DNA of 59,390 nt, the filler included. It is 4 parts of 4 records of this genome, joined end to end, with 100 filler letters (N's around TTAATTAATTAA, not from the genome) between each part and the next. Parts side by side here need not be neighbours in the genome. Positions count along the whole stretch, not along the records: positions 1 to 26,555 come from SRR20825006_2808; 3 more parts are not named here. One strand, given 5' to 3'. Position numbers and translations under genes: made by a program. Under the pieces are notes generated by a model. The model made no database searches, was not told the origin of the DNA, and saw nothing but the letters and a program-made list of their open reading frames with translations. Below are positions 9,118 through 18,108 of the stretch, piece after piece. Each line of letters begins with the position of its first letter. The first letter of the stretch is position 1.

Positions 9118-10815
9118 TCAGGGCGAAAGTTCTTCGGGCACTGTTTCGGCTTCGGCAATAATGGCCGGCGGCTCGACGGCTTCCAGACCCATCGCGGCGA
9201 TCAGCTTTTCGTTGTGGCCATAAAGGTCACCATAGGAGCGAATGGAACCATCCTCGCCGACGCGCAGGGTGAAATAGGCCAGATGCACCGGGATCTGGTT
9301 CTGCGGGTTCACCCAACGCTCGGAGGGGCCAAACATGGATTCGAGCGAAGAGCGCGAGATGTTAGGCTCATTGGCCATCAGCGCGTCGGCAAATTCCATC
9401 GGGTTCTGCACGCGCACACAGCCATGGCTGAAGGCGCGATAGGACCGCGCAAACAACGACTTGGACGGGGTGTCGTGCAGATAGACGTCATGCTTGTTGG
9501 GGAAGAGGAACTTGATCTGCCCAAGGGCATTACCGGCGCCGGGGCGCTGACGCACGCGGAAGGGGAAATTGGACGGCGAAACCTGGGTCCAGTCCACCTG
9601 CCAGGGGCTGACCGGGGCGCCATTGTAGAGCAGGTCCATATTGTGGCTGTCGGTATAGCCCGGATTGCGCAGCACCGCGGGGGCGATTTCGCCGCGAATA
9701 ATGGACGACGGCACGTTCCAATAGGGGTTCACCACCACGTGCCGGATGCTGTCGGAAAACACCGGTGTCTGGTTCTTCGTCGTCCCGACCACCACGCGCG
9801 TCGTATATTCTTCCTGACCATTGCGCAGGATGGAGAGACGGAATTCGGGGATGTTCACGAAGACGGTGAAATCGCCCAGATCAGACGGCATCCAGCGCCA
9901 GCGTTCCATATTGGCAAGAATATCCTCGCGCCGCGTGGCCGCGCCCCCATTGAGGGCGGCGACTGTGGCAGGCCCGATAATGCCGTCGACTTCAAGCCCC
10001 TGACCTTCCTGGAAGGACCGGATCGCGTCAACGGTTAGCTCATCATAGAGCTGGGAGGTCGAGGCGGTCAGCTCGAGCCGGGCACGAATGGCGGGCAGGC
10101 GCGCATCGGAATTGCCCGGGCGGAGCACCGGGCCGTCGCCGATCGGGGTGGGGCGGGCGGCATTGGATTGTTCGAAATTGGCAAGGGCCGCCTTGAGCGC
10201 CTGGAACTCTCGGTGCTGGGGTTCGAGTTGCATCAGGATCGCGGCCGGATCGTTGCTCTGGGCCAGTTGCTCGAGCAGCGCGGCCTCGTTGATCGGCTTG
10301 CGCTTCAGGTCGAGCAGGGTGCTGATCGACTGGGGATCGATGCGGCCATTATGCAGGTGATCGGCATAGCGCATGGTGGCGGCCGAAAATGCGGTTTCGA
10401 GCGTTGCCAGCGCGATGCCGTCGCCCGATAGCTGCGCGGCGTCAATGGCCGGGGTCAGATAGTCAGACGGGTCCAGCCCTTCGCTGGCTGCGTCTTCAAA
10501 CAGGGTGATGATCTTGGTGGCGGCGGGCGAGAAGGCGACGGCGCCATTGGCCTGTTCGGTCAGCCAGATCGGCTCGAAATGGCGCTCTCCATAGAGAAAA
10601 TAGAGCCTTTGGGCGTCCTCATGGGCACGCGTGTCGGGGCGGGCGCCATAATAGGCGGCCGAGAGGCCGGACTTGATGGTGCGGGCCAGGGCGCTTTGCG
10701 GCGGGGCAATGACAATACGGCTGGTTTCAAGGCTGGCGACCTGTTGGGCCGAGACCGACGGAACCACAGCCGTTGCTGCGACCAGGGCGACCAGACTGAC
10801 CAGAACCTTGTTCAT
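9118..10815 (-). CDS. Murein L,D-transpeptidase, YcbB/LdtD-like (scaffold + PG-binding + YkuD)
   Basis: NMERWRWMP, VNIPEF, VVNPYWNVPSSI, NALGQIKFLFPNKHDVYLHDTP, FSHGCVRV; PG-binding DGIIGPAT. Confidence 0.95.
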   Translation of the reverse strand: MNKVLVSLVALVAATAVVPSVSAQQVASLETSRIVIAPPQSALARTIKSGLSAAYYGARPDTRAHEDAQRLYFLYGERHFEPIWLTEQANGAVAFSPAATKIITLFEDAASEGLDPSDYLTPAIDAAQLSGDGIALATLETAFSAATMRYADHLHNGRIDPQSISTLLDLKRKPINEAALLEQLAQSNDPAAILMQLEPQHREFQALKAALANFEQSNAARPTPIGDGPVLRPGNSDARLPAIRARLELTASTSQLYDELTVDAIRSFQEGQGLEVDGIIGPATVAALNGGAATRREDILANMERWRWMPSDLGDFTVFVNIPEFRLSILRNGQEEYTTRVVVGTTKNQTPVFSDSIRHVVVNPYWNVPSSIIRGEIAPAVLRNPGYTDSHNMDLLYNGAPVSPWQVDWTQVSPSNFPFRVRQRPGAGNALGQIKFLFPNKHDVYLHDTPSKSLFARSYRAFSHGCVRVQNPMEFADALMANEPNISRSSLESMFGPSERWVNPQNQIPVHLAYFTLRVGEDGSIRSYGDLYGHNEKLIAAMGLEAVEPPAIIAEAETVPEELSP

Positions 10816-11281
10816 GCGTGCTCCCGACAACAATCAACCACAACCGGCACGAATCTCAACGCGCCCCGGCGTGCCAGAAAAAACAAATAGCCTGCAATTC
10901 TTAACAGGAGCAATTGCTCGCAGATTCGTGAAACAGCGCTGTGGCCGGACTGCAACGGTGTACGCCTCCAGAAAGCCGCACATTATTTTCCATTGGTCGT
11001 GTCAAGTTAGTCGCTTGTAATGGCCCGTGCATTTGGTCAGTCGTAGGCTTGAAGAGCGCGCAAGAGAGGCAAATGCGTATCAAGGTGCTCAGACGTGAGG
11101 CGAGCAGACCAAGGATGGCTATCAGGTCGATGGATTCCTCAGAGGCGTATGAGGATGATGCTTTAGGGTGGTGGATTGCAGACCGTTCGCTTTTCGCGAC
11201 TTTGTTTGTCAAATGCTGCCGCTGTCAAAGCAATGTAGCAATCAAACTTTAGCCGTTCACTACAACGATCTAGAGCACAAA

Positions 11282-11800
11282 ATGGCCGTCAAGAACTATC
11301 TCGTCGAGGGCAGCTCGGGCTCGGGTAAGACCTCAGTCGCTACCGAACTAGAACGGCGAGGCTATCATGCTGTTCACGGAGATCGTGTGCTGGCCTATCT
11401 GGGTGATCCAGAGACAGGAGCTCGTCTTGATCCACTCTTGATCGTTCAGCATCGCGGTAATCCGGAGTTCATTTCCCGACACCATATCTGGGATGTTGCC
11501 CAAGTTAAGGCGCTGATTGCAGACCAGAGCCAGCCAGCCAGTTTCTTCTGCGGCGGCTCGCGCAATTTTCATCAGTTTATTGATTTGTTCGATGCTGTTT
11601 TCGTTCTCGAGGTTGATGCGCAGACACTAAACCAACGTCTCGATGCCCGGCCAAACGAATGGGGTTCCGCACCCGCAGAACGGGCGCTGATCCTGCGACA
11701 ACTGGCGGCGCGGGAAGGCATTCCTGAAAATGCAATCAGCATCGACACCAAAGTACCCATCGCTGATGTAGTCGACGACATACTAGCGCACTGCAAGTGA
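11282..11800 (+). CDS. Small P-loop NTPase / nucleoside-kinase-like (AAA family) protein
   Basis: Walker A GSSGSGKT close to the N-terminus, kinase-like layout (FDAVFVLEVD..L..RL); 172 aa. Confidence 0.85.
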   Translation: MAVKNYLVEGSSGSGKTSVATELERRGYHAVHGDRVLAYLGDPETGARLDPLLIVQHRGNPEFISRHHIWDVAQVKALIADQSQPASFFCGGSRNFHQFIDLFDAVFVLEVDAQTLNQRLDARPNEWGSAPAERALILRQLAAREGIPENAISIDTKVPIADVVDDILAHCK

Positions 11801-11924
11801 TGTTGGCACCTTTCAGGAAACGAGATTGCCGCTGCTAATGGCGGTTATTGGGTCGGTTCCGGGCCGGCGGGTTCTAAAGGCAGGCATAAGTGCTATTCAC
11901 GGTACCTTGAGGCTAATGGGGGGG

Positions 11925-12110
11925 CGCCACGATGCCGGCGACGTCGGAAGTCGGCCATACGGATCGATGACGCGCAGAGCGGGAACGTCCGGCCCATTCC
12001 ATTGCCAAAAGTGCGACGCAGCTTCCTCCAGGCGGCATGAAAGATGGATAGGCGACTCCATCAAAACCGGCACCAAAAATCGGCGATAGACATGATGCGG
12101 ATCCTGTCCC
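11925..12110 (-). pseudogene. Frameshifted C-terminal remnant of a RES-domain protein
   Basis: Minus strand reads GAGFDGVAYPSFMPPGGSCVAL, then an extra T in a T-run near 12010, then WQWNGPDVPALRVIDPYGRLPTSPASW. This matches my recollection of alphaproteobacterial RES C-termini (DG..YPS...PGG.CVALW.WN...VIDP..RLP). No N-terminus is present. Confidence 0.6.
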
Positions 12111-12130
12111 ATAGCGTGGTGTAGCTGAGG

Positions 12131-12805
12131 CTAAAGCGCGCCCTGGATGTAGGTGGCCTTGAGGTAGAATTCCTTGGGTCCCTGAATGTGGCGGCGGATG
12201 ATCGCTGCTAGCTCATCGGGTGCGCCGCGCGCGATGGAATCGATCATGTCGAAGTGCTGGCCGATGGCGATTTCGCGCAACTCTTCGCTGGGAAAGGCGC
12301 GGGTGCGGATGGGATGGGTGGCAAAGGTATAATGCAGGATGGCATCGGCCAGTTGTTGGTTGCCGGCTGCGCGATACAGCACTTCGTGAAAATCATTGTT
12401 GAGTGAAAAGACGTCCGCATAGCGCTGGCTGCGTGAGGCCTCGCGGTGGCGTGTTGCTATATCGGTCAGTTGGGCGACCAGTTCCGGTCCGGCAGGGCGG
12501 TCGAAATGGGTAGCAGCTCGCGTTTCAAGGCATTCACGGATTTCATAGAGTTCTTCCACCTCGGCGATGGAATAGTCGCGTACCTGCACGCCCTTGTTGG
12601 GCTGGCGTGCCACCAGGCCCACCCGTTCCAATTCATCAAAGGCGCGTCGTACTGCATGGCGTGTCGCGCCTGTCCGCTCAATGATTTCGTCTTCGACCAG
12701 ACGTTCGCGCGGTCGCAGTTGCCCGGCAATGATCTGCCGCTGCAGGTCTCGATACACCCCGTCCCAGCTTTTGGCCTGTTCCGACAGTGACTTGGCAACC
12801 CGCAT
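12131..12805 (-). CDS. GntR family regulator (FCD domain)
   Basis: VYRDLQRQIIAGQLRPRERLVE..TRHAVRRAF..GLV...PNKG, ELYEIRECLE, NNDFHEVL..AAGN, QHFDMI; GAGG RBS before ATG 12805. Confidence 0.95.
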   Translation of the reverse strand: MRVAKSLSEQAKSWDGVYRDLQRQIIAGQLRPRERLVEDEIIERTGATRHAVRRAFDELERVGLVARQPNKGVQVRDYSIAEVEELYEIRECLETRAATHFDRPAGPELVAQLTDIATRHREASRSQRYADVFSLNNDFHEVLYRAAGNQQLADAILHYTFATHPIRTRAFPSEELREIAIGQHFDMIDSIARGAPDELAAIIRRHIQGPKEFYLKATYIQGAL

Positions 12806-12872
12806 GCGGTCCTCGAATCCGTGCTTTCGTAGCTCGCAATCTAGCCAATTCTTCACAGCCATACAATCATCG

Positions 12873-12904
12873 TTGACATTATCGATAATCATGCCGATGA
12901 TAAT
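12873..12904. promoter_or_regulatory. Putative GntR operator overlapping a -35 box
   Basis: TTGACA at 12873-12878 abuts the perfect palindrome ATTATCGATAAT (12878-12889) in the divergent gntR/atuA intergenic region. Confidence 0.6.
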
Positions 12905-12923
12905 GACGATCAGGGAGGTCGTC

Positions 12924-14288
12924 GTGTATCGAATAGGCAGTGGCGCTGGATTTTCGGGTGACCGCATCGACGCCCCGCAATCGGTGGTGGCGGCAATTGC
13001 TGCTGCTGGCGAGGGTGGTGCCGTGATTTTCGAAACCCTGGGCGAGCGCACTCTGGCCTTAGGTCAGATAGCCAAGCGACAGGATTCCCGGCGCGGCTTT
13101 GAGCCGCTGCTTGAGGACTTTCTGGAACCGATCCTGGCGCAATGTATCGCCTCGGGGATCATCATTGTCGGCAATTTTGGTCAGGCCAATCCACCTGCTG
13201 CGGCCCACGCCGTTCAGGACATGGCGGCCCGGTTGGGTCTGGGCCCGGTTCGGGTCGCCATTGTTACAGGCGACGACCTTGTCGGCAGGGTGGACCTGTC
13301 CCAGTCCGAGCGTTGGGACGGCGACGAGCGTCTCCCGACGTTCGACGGCGACGTCATTGCCGTCAATGCCTATTTGGGCGCTGGAGCCATTGCCGATGCA
13401 ATCCGAGCCGGTGCGCAGGTCGTGGTGACAGGGCGCGTGGCGGATCCCGCATTGGCCCTGGGTCCACTAGTGGCCCACTTCAACTGGTCCTGGGACGATC
13501 TGGACCGAGTTGCTGCTGGAACTCTGGTTGGACACTTGCTCGAATGTGGTTCTCAGGTTTCAGGCGGATTTTTTGCCGACCCCGGCTACAAGGATGTTCC
13601 CGGCACTGCTGATATTGGTTTTCCCATCGCCGAAGTCGATGCTGATGGCAGCTTCGTCATCACCAAAGCCGACAGCACTGGCGGGGTTGTCGACCTGCGT
13701 ACGGTCAAGGAGCAACTGCTCTACGAAATTCATGACCCTGCGGCATACCTCACCCCGGATGTAACGCTGGACATCACCAGTGTCGAATTGGAGCAGGTCG
13801 GGCCCGACCGCGTGCGGGTCACTGGCGCGCGCGGTCATGAAGCGCCGCGCAAGCTTAAGGCGACTGTCAGCTATTATGGCGACTGGCTGGGCGAGGCCGA
13901 GATTTCCTATGCCGGTCCCAATGCTCTGGCGCGGGCGCGCCTGGCCATCACCACTATCAATGAGCGGGTGCGCCATCGGGACCTGCCGGTGCGGCATCGG
14001 GCAGACATTATCGGTGCGGTCAGCGCCTTCGACAGTGATGAAGGCGACTTGCTGACCGGCTTCGACGACACCCCGACAGGGGACTACCGCGTGCGCTTTG
14101 CTTTTGGCGGCAATTGCCAGCGTGACGTCGAGCGCGCCGTGCAGGAAGTGAATGCGCTATATTGCTGCGGCCCGGCGGGTGGTGGCGGTGTGCGCTCGAG
14201 CTTGCGCCCGCGCGTCAGGACGCTGTCGCATATGGTGCCGCGCGACCTAGTGAATATGGGGTTCCACTTTGCCGGAGGCGGACAATGA
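12924..14288 (+). CDS. AtuA family protein (DUF1446), N-terminal type
   Basis: RIGSGAGFSGDR, FETLGERTLA, NAYLGA..IA.A...GA.VV.TGRVADPAL, GHLLECGSQVSGG, GFPIAEV, KEQLLYEIHDPAAYLTPDV, GPAGGGG; GGGAGG RBS then GTG 12924. Confidence 0.93.
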   Translation: MYRIGSGAGFSGDRIDAPQSVVAAIAAAGEGGAVIFETLGERTLALGQIAKRQDSRRGFEPLLEDFLEPILAQCIASGIIIVGNFGQANPPAAAHAVQDMAARLGLGPVRVAIVTGDDLVGRVDLSQSERWDGDERLPTFDGDVIAVNAYLGAGAIADAIRAGAQVVVTGRVADPALALGPLVAHFNWSWDDLDRVAAGTLVGHLLECGSQVSGGFFADPGYKDVPGTADIGFPIAEVDADGSFVITKADSTGGVVDLRTVKEQLLYEIHDPAAYLTPDVTLDITSVELEQVGPDRVRVTGARGHEAPRKLKATVSYYGDWLGEAEISYAGPNALARARLAITTINERVRHRDLPVRHRADIIGAVSAFDSDEGDLLTGFDDTPTGDYRVRFAFGGNCQRDVERAVQEVNALYCCGPAGGGGVRSSLRPRVRTLSHMVPRDLVNMGFHFAGGGQ

Positions 14289-14665
14289 CCGGCTCTGTTC
14301 GCAAGGTCAGCCTGCACGAAATCGCCCATGGTCGCTCGGGCGACAAGGGTAACCGGCTCAACGTCAACATCATCGCCTATGAGCCGCATCACTGGCCGGT
14401 ATTGCTGGCCGAAGTGACGGTGGAGCGGGTTGCTGCGCTGTTCGCCCACCGCGGTGTCACAAAGGTCACGCGCTATGAGCTGCCGCGGCTGGGTGCGCTC
14501 AATTTCGTCATCGAGGATGCTCTCGAAGGCGGCGTCAATTCAAGCCTTGGCGTGGATACCCACGGCAAGTGCCTGAGCTATCTGGTGCTCGGATTGGAGA
14601 TTCAGGTGCCCGTCGAACCAGGCGCGGCGTCAACGGCATCGTCTGTGCTGCAAACCGCCCGCTAG
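14285..14665 (+). CDS. AtuA-related small protein (corresponds to the AtuA C-terminal domain)
   Basis: LHEIAHGRSGDKGN, VTRYELPRLGALNFV...ALEGG..SSL..D.HGK; ATGA overlap with the upstream gene. Confidence 0.88.
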   Translation: MTGSVRKVSLHEIAHGRSGDKGNRLNVNIIAYEPHHWPVLLAEVTVERVAALFAHRGVTKVTRYELPRLGALNFVIEDALEGGVNSSLGVDTHGKCLSYLVLGLEIQVPVEPGAASTASSVLQTAR

Positions 14666-14687
14666 GGGCAAAAAGGGAGGAATAGGA

Positions 14688-16256
14688 ATGAAACTGAACA
14701 CACTTATGCGAGGGGCACTGTTGGTGGGGTCGTCATTGGCTGCCGTTGTCGCCCAGCCGGTCATGGCGCAGGAATTTCCACAGGGTGGCACATTGCGCAT
14801 CGGTATTTCGCAGATGGCACCATCGCCCGATCCGGTCGTCACCACATTTGGTGTCAACTGGGCCACGGCCGGTGTCATCTGCGAAGGCCTGTTCGCGCTT
14901 GACGAGAGCTGGACGCCGCAGCCGATGCTGGCCGACAGCTTCGCCTATAGCGAGGACGGCACGAGCCTTACCGTCACCCTGCGCGATGGGCTGAAGTTCC
15001 ATTCGGGCGCCGCGCTGACCTCGGCTGACGTGGTGACTTCACTCGAACGCTTCCGGGAATCGGCGGGCATTGGCGCCGCTTTCAAGGGCGCTGTCTCGGC
15101 CATCACCGCACCGGATGACAAGACGATCGTGTTTGAGCTGGCTTCGCCCTCCCCAATCGTGCCGGGGCTGCTTGCCGGCACTCAGGCCGTGATCATGTCT
15201 TCCGCTTCGCTGGCAGGCGCTTCGCCCACCGAGGCGACGCGCGGCCTCGATTGCACCGGACCATACACTTTGGCCGAATACCAACCGGACCAAGGTGTCA
15301 CCATGACCCGATGGGACGAATATGCGTCGCGCAGCGAACCCAGTTCCAGCGCTTCGGGCATGAAGCACGCCTATGCGGATCAGATCATCTTCCGCCTGAT
15401 GCCAGAAGCCTCGGTGCGTCGCGACTCACTGATCACGGGCGAAATCGACATCGCCAATGAATTGCCGAGTGATTTCTATGACGCTTTGCAGAACGACCCC
15501 AATACCGAAGCGGTGGTGGTCGCCAACAACCAGTCTCTGACCGTGGTGTTCAACACCAGGGATGGCGTGGCCGCCGATGTCAACTTGCGCCGGGCCATCT
15601 ACCATGCACTGGAGATGGAGCCCATCATGCTCGCCTCGGTCGGCAATCCTGAATTCTATACCCTCGACCCGAGCTGGATTCCCGATCCCAACTCATTCTG
15701 GTACACCACGGCAGGCGTACCCGAAGGCTTCGGAACCCCCGATCCCGACAAAGTGGCAGAATACCTCGCCGCTTCTGACTATGACGGCGAGCCGATTCGC
15801 TGGCTCGTGGCGTCCGAGCAGTATCAGAAGCACTTCCTGACCGCGATCACCGCCTCGCAGATGCTCGAGGAATACGGCATCAATGTCGAAATCGTGGAAT
15901 CGCCCATGGCCAACTATATCCAGGCCCGCGCCGATGACAGCCAGATGGACGCCTTCTCAAGCTTCCTCCCGACCTATGTCGATCCGACCTCGATCGCCTA
16001 TCTCAACGCCAGCTATCCCGGCTTCTGGGAAGACCCCGAAAAAATGGCGCTGATGCAGGAAATCGCCACCACCATCGACCCAGACGCTCGCAAGGTCATC
16101 TTCGAGAAGATCCATGCGCTGGCCTACGATCAGTTCCCGTTCATCAAGTACGGCACCGAGTCCAACATGTACGGCATTCGCGTTGGTGTAGGGAACCCGG
16201 CTCGTATCCCGTCGCGTTCGGGCGACTTCTACAACGTCGCCCCACCGCAGAGCTGA
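14688..16256 (+). CDS. ABC transporter substrate-binding protein, family 5 (Dpp/Opp/Nik-type)
   Basis: Signal peptide; EGLF..D..PQPMLADS, LRDGLKFHSG..LTSADV..S, TGPY, NLRRAI; GGAGG RBS. Confidence 0.95.
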   Translation: MKLNTLMRGALLVGSSLAAVVAQPVMAQEFPQGGTLRIGISQMAPSPDPVVTTFGVNWATAGVICEGLFALDESWTPQPMLADSFAYSEDGTSLTVTLRDGLKFHSGAALTSADVVTSLERFRESAGIGAAFKGAVSAITAPDDKTIVFELASPSPIVPGLLAGTQAVIMSSASLAGASPTEATRGLDCTGPYTLAEYQPDQGVTMTRWDEYASRSEPSSSASGMKHAYADQIIFRLMPEASVRRDSLITGEIDIANELPSDFYDALQNDPNTEAVVVANNQSLTVVFNTRDGVAADVNLRRAIYHALEMEPIMLASVGNPEFYTLDPSWIPDPNSFWYTTAGVPEGFGTPDPDKVAEYLAASDYDGEPIRWLVASEQYQKHFLTAITASQMLEEYGINVEIVESPMANYIQARADDSQMDAFSSFLPTYVDPTSIAYLNASYPGFWEDPEKMALMQEIATTIDPDARKVIFEKIHALAYDQFPFIKYGTESNMYGIRVGVGNPARIPSRSGDFYNVAPPQS

Positions 16257-16259
16257 TCA

Positions 16260-17162
16260 ATGACCCTGAACCAGGCGACAGCTCCCGACCGCCTGTCCGG
16301 TGGTGACGAAGAGGTCTTCGTCACCACCAACAAGTCGGTCTGGCAGAGGCTATTGGCCAATCCAACGGCGATGGCCTCGATCATCATGCTGGCCATCCTT
16401 GCGCTCAGCGCGGTGCTTGCACCCTTGCTGGGGCCGGGCAATCCGCTGCGAGTCAGTCCTGCCGACCGGTTCATTCCCCCCGGTGCCGAACATCTGTTCG
16501 GCACCGACAATCTGGGGCGCGACATGTTCAAGATGGTTTTGCATGGTGGCCGCACCTCACTGTTTGTCGGGCTGGTCGTGACGGTCATCTCGATGTCCAT
16601 CGCCGTCGTTCTGGGCGCCATTTCCGGCTTTTACCGCCAGGTCGATGTGGTGCTGATGCGTCTGGTGGATGGTCTCATGGCCTTTCCCGGTATCGTGCTG
16701 GCCACCGCTGCTGCCGGCATCATGGGCCCTTCGATGACTACCGTGATTACATCCCTCTCCATCGTTCTCATCGCCCCGTCCTTGCGCATCGTGCGCGGAC
16801 AGGTCCTGGTGGTGCGCGAACTGCAGATGATCGAGGCGGCGCGCGCTGTTGGCGTGCCCACGCTGCGTCTGTTCACCCGATATATCTTGCCGGCCGTCAG
16901 CTCCCCGATACTTGTGCAGGCCTCGTTCATTTTTTCGGCCGCGGTGCTCGGTGAGGCCGGACTGAGTTTCATCGGCGTGGGCATCGGCCCCAAGGAACTC
17001 AGTTGGGGCAATGCGCTGACCGAGGCGCGCAATTACATCGCCCAGGCACCCTGGATCGTCCTGTTCCCCGGCCTGGCGCTGATGCTCACCATCCTCGCGC
17101 TCAATCTTCTGGGTGACAGCCTGCGCGATATTCTCGATCCTCGCCTGGCACGGAGGCGCTGA
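16260..17162 (+). CDS. Peptide-type ABC permease (DppC/OppC-like)
   Basis: HLFGTDNLGRD, EAARAVG (EAA loop), EAGLSFIG, NLLGDSLRDILDP. Confidence 0.95.
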   Translation: MTLNQATAPDRLSGGDEEVFVTTNKSVWQRLLANPTAMASIIMLAILALSAVLAPLLGPGNPLRVSPADRFIPPGAEHLFGTDNLGRDMFKMVLHGGRTSLFVGLVVTVISMSIAVVLGAISGFYRQVDVVLMRLVDGLMAFPGIVLATAAAGIMGPSMTTVITSLSIVLIAPSLRIVRGQVLVVRELQMIEAARAVGVPTLRLFTRYILPAVSSPILVQASFIFSAAVLGEAGLSFIGVGIGPKELSWGNALTEARNYIAQAPWIVLFPGLALMLTILALNLLGDSLRDILDPRLARRR

Positions 17163-17163
17163 C

Positions 17164-18108
17164 ATGCTGCGCTATCTCGGAAAACGCTTCCTGCTCATCC
17201 TTCCCACGATCTTCGTGCCGCTGATCCTGGTGTTCCTGCTGCTACGGCTGTCACCGGGCGATCCGGCAGGCATGATGCTGGGCGATCAGGCAACCACCGA
17301 CCAGATTGCGGCATTGCGCAATCAGCTTGGTCTCGACCAACCGATCTGGGTGCAGTTCCTGCTCTGGCTCAAGGGGATTGTGACGCTCAATTTGGGCGAT
17401 TCCATCTTCTTCCGCGAGCCGGTGATGCAGATCATCCCGCGCTATGCCGGGGTGACGATCATGCTCACCCTGGTCGCGCTGTTGTTGGCCGTTGCCATCG
17501 GCGTGACCATGGGCTTGGTCTCTGCCATGAACCGCAACAAGCCTATCGACCGGGGCGTGGTAACCACGGCAGTCCTGGGCATTTCCCTGCCCGAGTTCTG
17601 GTTTGCGTTGCTGCTGATTTTCATCTTCGCGGTGACGCTGCGCTGGTTCCCGGTGGCTGGCTACAACCCGCCATCGGCAGGGGTGATTGCCTTTGCATCG
17701 ACTATCTTCCTGCCGGCCCTGGCGCTCGGTGTCCGCCAGTCGGCGCTGATGACCCGCATGATGCGTTCATCCATGCTCGATGTGCTCAACGAGCCCTATA
17801 TTACCACCGCACGGGCGCAGGGCCTGCCGGAAAGCAAGGTCATTGGCCAATATGCCATGCGCACCGCCGCCATGCCGGTGGTGACCGTGGCGGGACTTTC
17901 CGCAGGCTATATGCTGGGTGGGGCCGTCGCCATCGAGATTATCTTCGCATTGCCCGGCCTGGGGCGCATGCTGGTCGAGGCCGTCGGACGGCGCGACTAC
18001 CCTCTGGTCGAGGGCGGCGTTTTGACCATTTCGCTGGTCCTGGCGGTCCTCAACCTCGCCATAGACCTCATTTATGCCATTCTTGACCCCCGGATCCGCT
18101 ACCAATGA
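17164..18108 (+). CDS. Peptide-type ABC permease (DppB/OppB-like)
   Basis: MLRYLGKR, SPGDPA, GLDQP, YITTARAQGL, E.IFALPGLG, RDYP, DLIYAILDPR. Confidence 0.95.
   Translation: MLRYLGKRFLLILPTIFVPLILVFLLLRLSPGDPAGMMLGDQATTDQIAALRNQLGLDQPIWVQFLLWLKGIVTLNLGDSIFFREPVMQIIPRYAGVTIMLTLVALLLAVAIGVTMGLVSAMNRNKPIDRGVVTTAVLGISLPEFWFALLLIFIFAVTLRWFPVAGYNPPSAGVIAFASTIFLPALALGVRQSALMTRMMRSSMLDVLNEPYITTARAQGLPESKVIGQYAMRTAAMPVVTVAGLSAGYMLGGAVAIEIIFALPGLGRMLVEAVGRRDYPLVEGGVLTISLVLAVLNLAIDLIYAILDPRIRYQ

Noticed and set aside
11073-11252. 59-aa ORF (MRIKVLRREAS...) with a GAGAGG RBS-like sequence
   Set aside because: No recognisable motif, lies in degenerate AT-richer DNA; cannot be supported without homology or expression data
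12594-13051. Apparent head-to-head overlap of the gntR and atuA ORFs
   Set aside because: Artefact of longest-ORF calling; RBS-supported starts at 12805 (-) and 12924 (+) leave a normal intergenic region
16260-18108. Permease order C-before-B in the peptide-type ABC operon
   Set aside because: A known, fairly common rearrangement with no evident functional consequence
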